A stretch of 64,000 nt of DNA, taken from the NCBI GenBank assembly GCA_965216565.1, contig OZ244170.1:1120001-1184000 (forward strand). The letters are read 5' to 3'. Position 1 is the stretch's first letter. Each line of letters starts with the position of its first letter. This document shows positions 60,764 to 64,000 of the stretch, piece after piece. The translations under genes were made by a program, and so were the position numbers. The stretch is from Bythopirellula sp. Lineage in GTDB: Bacteria > Planctomycetota > Planctomycetia > Pirellulales > Lacipirellulaceae. The notes beneath the pieces were generated by a model. That model was not told where the DNA came from, did not search any database, and saw nothing but the letters and a program-made list of their open reading frames with translations.

Positions 60764-62761
60764 TTATTCGCTGGTGAATTCCAAGATTGGTTGGTCCACC
60801 TCTAGCGTGTCGCCAACCTTGGCCAAGACCTTGGCGACTGTGGCGTCGCGCTGGGCGCGGAGGACGTTTTCCATTTTCATCGCCTCGACAATTGCTAAAG
60901 GCTGATCGGCTTTTGTGCTTTGGCCTGCTTCGACCAGGAGTTGCGAAAGTAAGCCGGGCATCGGCGAGAGCAAAAAGCGGGACGTATCGGCCGCTTGTTT
61001 CACTGGCATGATGTCGAGTAATGAGGCAGCCGTAGGCGTGAGGATCGAAATGGTACATTCGCTTCCGTTATGCCAGAGTCGATAGCCGAGATTGTTACGT
61101 TCCAGCAGTAGATTGATCTCCTCGCCGTCAACCGTGCCGTGAAATACCGGTTGGCCAAACTGCCACGTTGTCTCAACGCATACCGTCTTGCCATCGATTG
61201 AGACCTCGAAGTCGGTGACGTCCGAATAGGTGTAGACGTTAACGACTTGCGAGTTGTCGCTCAGAACAGCCACCCAGTTGTGTTCGCAACGTTGTGAAGC
61301 TTCGGAGGGGGGGCTAGAAAGACTGGCCATTCGATTTTGGTACCGGCTATGAATACCGGCGGCAATGGCCACCATGGTATTTGGATTTGCCGGAGACTTG
61401 TCCGAAGGGTTGAAACCTTCCGGGAAATGGTCCTGGATGAAATTCGTCGACAGATCGCCTGCTAAGAATTCTGGGTGGTCGACAATCGCCGCCAGGAAAT
61501 TCACATTATGATTGACGCCGTCGATGTGGAACCGATTGAGCGCCGTTTTCATTTCGGCGATCGACTGCGCGCGAGTCTCGCCAAACGTAATCAGCTTGGC
61601 AATCATCGGGTCGTAGTGAATGGAGATCTCGTCTCCCTCGCTGATGCCTGTGTCGACCCTTACCGTTTCTGATTCTTGCGGAGGCTGGTAGGTGTTGATT
61701 CTGCCAATGGATGGAAGGAAGTTTCGCCTCGGATCCTCAGCATAGATGCGCGCCTCCACCGCCCAACCATTGATTTGTAAGTCCGATTGTTGGAACGAGA
61801 GTTTTTCACCCGCGGCGATGCGGATCATCCACTCGACCAGGTCGAGTCCCGAGACGTACTCGGTGACCGGGTGCTCGACTTGCAGTCGCGTGTTCATTTC
61901 CAGGAAGTAGAACTTGTTCGACTGATCGACGACAAATTCAACAGTGCCTGCGGACTGATAGTCGACTGCTTGAGCGAGCGCAATGGCCTGTTCTCCCATC
62001 GCTTGACGTAGGGCATCATCCAGCAGTGGCGAGGGCGATTCTTCAATGATTTTTTGATGACGGCGTTGAAGGGAACATTCGCGCTCGAACAGATGCACGC
62101 AGTTGCCAAGCGTGTCAGCAAGGACTTGAATTTCGATATGCCTGGGGTTCTCGATGTAGCGTTCCAGGAAGACGCGATCGTCGCCGAAGGACGAACCGGC
62201 TTCGCTGGTGGCGCGCTCAAAGCCATCGCGGCACTCGGCATCGTTGTGCGCGATTCGCATTCCCTTACCACCGCCGCCGGCGGAGGCCTTGATCATCACG
62301 GGGTAGCCAATGTCCTTGGCAATGGCGACGGCCTCTTGGGCGTCGGCAACAACTTCCGTGTGGCCGGGAATGGTGGAGACCCCCGCTTCTTTTGCCAGGC
62401 GTTTGGAGGTGATCTTGTCCCCCATGCTGCGAATTGCTGAGGCCGTGGGGCCAATGAAGGCGATGTTGGTGGCGGCGAGCTTTTCGACGAATTCAGAATT
62501 CTCCGAGAGAAAACCATAGCCAGGGTGAATCGCCTCGGCTCCTGACGATTGGCAAGCTGCGATGATGTTGTCCTGCGCAAGATAACTCTTGCTGGAGGGA
62601 GCGGGCCCCACGCAAATAGCTTCGTCGGCCGAGGCGACATGCAGGGCTTGGCGATCTGCTTCGGAGAATATCGCGACCGATTTGATGCCCAACTTGCGGG
62701 TCGCTTTGATAATTCGGCAGGCGATTTCGCCTCGATTGGCAATGAGAAGTTTTTTGAACAT
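60764..62761 (-). CDS. pccA: Propionyl-CoA carboxylase alpha subunit (biotin carboxylase plus BCCP)
   Basis: ANRGEIA, HPGYGFLSEN, GGGGKGMR, EMNTRLQVEH, biotinylation site EAMKM. Confidence 0.92.
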   Translation of the reverse strand: MFKKLLIANRGEIACRIIKATRKLGIKSVAIFSEADRQALHVASADEAICVGPAPSSKSYLAQDNIIAACQSSGAEAIHPGYGFLSENSEFVEKLAATNIAFIGPTASAIRSMGDKITSKRLAKEAGVSTIPGHTEVVADAQEAVAIAKDIGYPVMIKASAGGGGKGMRIAHNDAECRDGFERATSEAGSSFGDDRVFLERYIENPRHIEIQVLADTLGNCVHLFERECSLQRRHQKIIEESPSPLLDDALRQAMGEQAIALAQAVDYQSAGTVEFVVDQSNKFYFLEMNTRLQVEHPVTEYVSGLDLVEWMIRIAAGEKLSFQQSDLQINGWAVEARIYAEDPRRNFLPSIGRINTYQPPQESETVRVDTGISEGDEISIHYDPMIAKLITFGETRAQSIAEMKTALNRFHIDGVNHNVNFLAAIVDHPEFLAGDLSTNFIQDHFPEGFNPSDKSPANPNTMVAIAAGIHSRYQNRMASLSSPPSEASQRCEHNWVAVLSDNSQVVNVYTYSDVTDFEVSIDGKTVCVETTWQFGQPVFHGTVDGEEINLLLERNNLGYRLWHNGSECTISILTPTAASLLDIMPVKQAADTSRFLLSPMPGLLSQLLVEAGQSTKADQPLAIVEAMKMENVLRAQRDATVAKVLAKVGDTLEVDQPILEFTSE

Positions 62762-63000
62762 TAACAGCGAAGGTTGAGCGGACTAAGGAAAAGGGGATGG
62801 GGGGATAGTGGAGATGCTGGGGATAGTTTGCTGAAGGAGTAAAGCAGTATCGGTAGTTCGTAGATTAAGGCAAAGGAATTAATAAGAGGCGAATCACAAG
62901 TTCCGCGAATAAACTTGTTCCAGAGTAATGACGTTGCCCCTAGGTTGGCCATCCCCTGTATCTCCATCATCCCCCTCTCTCCTTCCAACCCATCGGGCTC

Positions 63001-64000
63001 TTAGAGCGGGATATTGCCGTGCTTTCGCCACGGGTTTTCCAGTTTTTTATTTCGCAGCATCGCGAGCGACTTGCAGATGCGTCGGCGTGTTTCGCGGGGC
63101 ATGATGACATCATCAATGTAACCACGTTTGCTGGCAATGAACGGATTGGCGAATTTTTCTCGATATTCTTCGGTGAGCTCTTCGGCGCGAGCTTCGTCCT
63201 GAGCTTCTTGTCGAAAAATGATTTCGACCGCCCCTTTCGGGCCCATGACGGCGATTTCAGCACTCGGCCAGGCCAAGTTGACGTCGCCACGCAAGTGCTT
63301 GGAAGCCATCACGTCGTAGGCTCCGCCATAGGCTTTGCGGGTGATAACCGTGATTTTGGGCACGGTGGCTTCTGCGTAGGCATACAGCAGTTTGGCTCCG
63401 TGCTTGATGATGCCGCCGTACTCCTGGGCGGTGCCGGGCATGAAACCTGGGACGTCGACATAGGTGATGAGCGGGATGCTAAAGCAGTCGCAAAACCGAA
63501 CGAATCGGGCCGCCTTGATGGCGGACTTTATATCGAGGCAGCCGGCCAAGACCAGAGGCTGATTGGCAACGATACCGACGGGATGGCCTTCCATCCGCGC
63601 GAAACCGACCACAATATTCTTGGCGTGTTCCGGTTGGATTTCGAAGAACTCCGATTCGTCGACCGACTTGTGAATGAGCTCTTTGATGTCGTAAGGCTGC
63701 GAAGGATTGTCCGGCACAAGTTTGTCTAGGGAGAGTTCTTCGCGCTCGGGCGAGTCGTCTGTTTGCCAGTGGGGTGGTGCGGTGCGATTGTTGACGGGAA
63801 GGTAATCGAACAGACGGCGCGTCATTTCGAGCGCTTGCATATCGTTTTCGAAAGCCAGGTCGGCGACGCCAGAGTTTGTGGAATGGGTGATGGCACCGCC
63901 GAGCTCTTCGGCACTCACTTCTTCGTGGGTCACTGTTTTCACCACATTCGGACCGGTGACAAACATGTATGAAGTATCTTTCACCATGAAAATGAAGTCG
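63001..64000 (-). CDS. pccB: Propionyl-CoA carboxylase beta (carboxyltransferase) subunit; 5' end lies outside the window
   Basis: [22 protein letters not shown]-terminal RKHGNIPL. Confidence 0.93.
   Translation of the reverse strand, partial: DFIFMVKDTSYMFVTGPNVVKTVTHEEVSAEELGGAITHSTNSGVADLAFENDMQALEMTRRLFDYLPVNNRTAPPHWQTDDSPEREELSLDKLVPDNPSQPYDIKELIHKSVDESEFFEIQPEHAKNIVVGFARMEGHPVGIVANQPLVLAGCLDIKSAIKAARFVRFCDCFSIPLITYVDVPGFMPGTAQEYGGIIKHGAKLLYAYAEATVPKITVITRKAYGGAYDVMASKHLRGDVNLAWPSAEIAVMGPKGAVEIIFRQEAQDEARAEELTEEYREKFANPFIASKRGYIDDVIMPRETRRRICKSLAMLRNKKLENPWRKHGNIPL

Noticed and set aside
62761..62988. 75-aa ORF between pccB and pccA
   Set aside because: Both ends are encoded by low-complexity inverted repeats and no family motif is recognisable

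Overview
A 64 kb chromosomal segment, probably from a marine planctomycete (Pirellulales/Lacipirellulaceae-like). The taxonomy is inferred from the planctomycete-type hypothetical proteins, a PEP-CTERM protein, a PQQ-propeller protein, Na+-NQR and the intergenic palindrome families. Housekeeping content: an RlmM-like methyltransferase, sucCD, a complete nqrABCDEF-apbE-nqrM operon with a perfect Rex box, dinB, polX-PHP, an RND pump pair, yggS, a class II DAHP synthase, and a B12-dependent propionyl-CoA pathway (birA-mce-mutA-mutB-meaB converging on pccBA). The most notable accessory locus is an 11-gene minus-strand glycosylation operon (19.7-31.9 kb). Its first gene is a priming sugar transferase fused to a catalytically dead GGDEF domain with an intact RxxD c-di-GMP site. 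It is transcribed divergently from an intact diguanylate cyclase, followed by a PEP-CTERM gene with a long structured leader. The operon also encodes an Arn-like (oxidise, aminate, acylate, load on lipid, deacylate, GT-C transfer) amino-sugar relay plus a sulfotransferase. Other observations: a candidate SOS operator on a probably leaderless dinB, a sigma54 promoter before a JmjC-like gene, an exported peptidoglycan-peptide recycling trio, several REP/MITE-like families, and two accessory genes bracketed by 131-bp REP-ended direct repeats. No rRNA, tRNA, CRISPR array, transposase or integrase was seen. All calls come from reading motifs by eye; no database searches were run.
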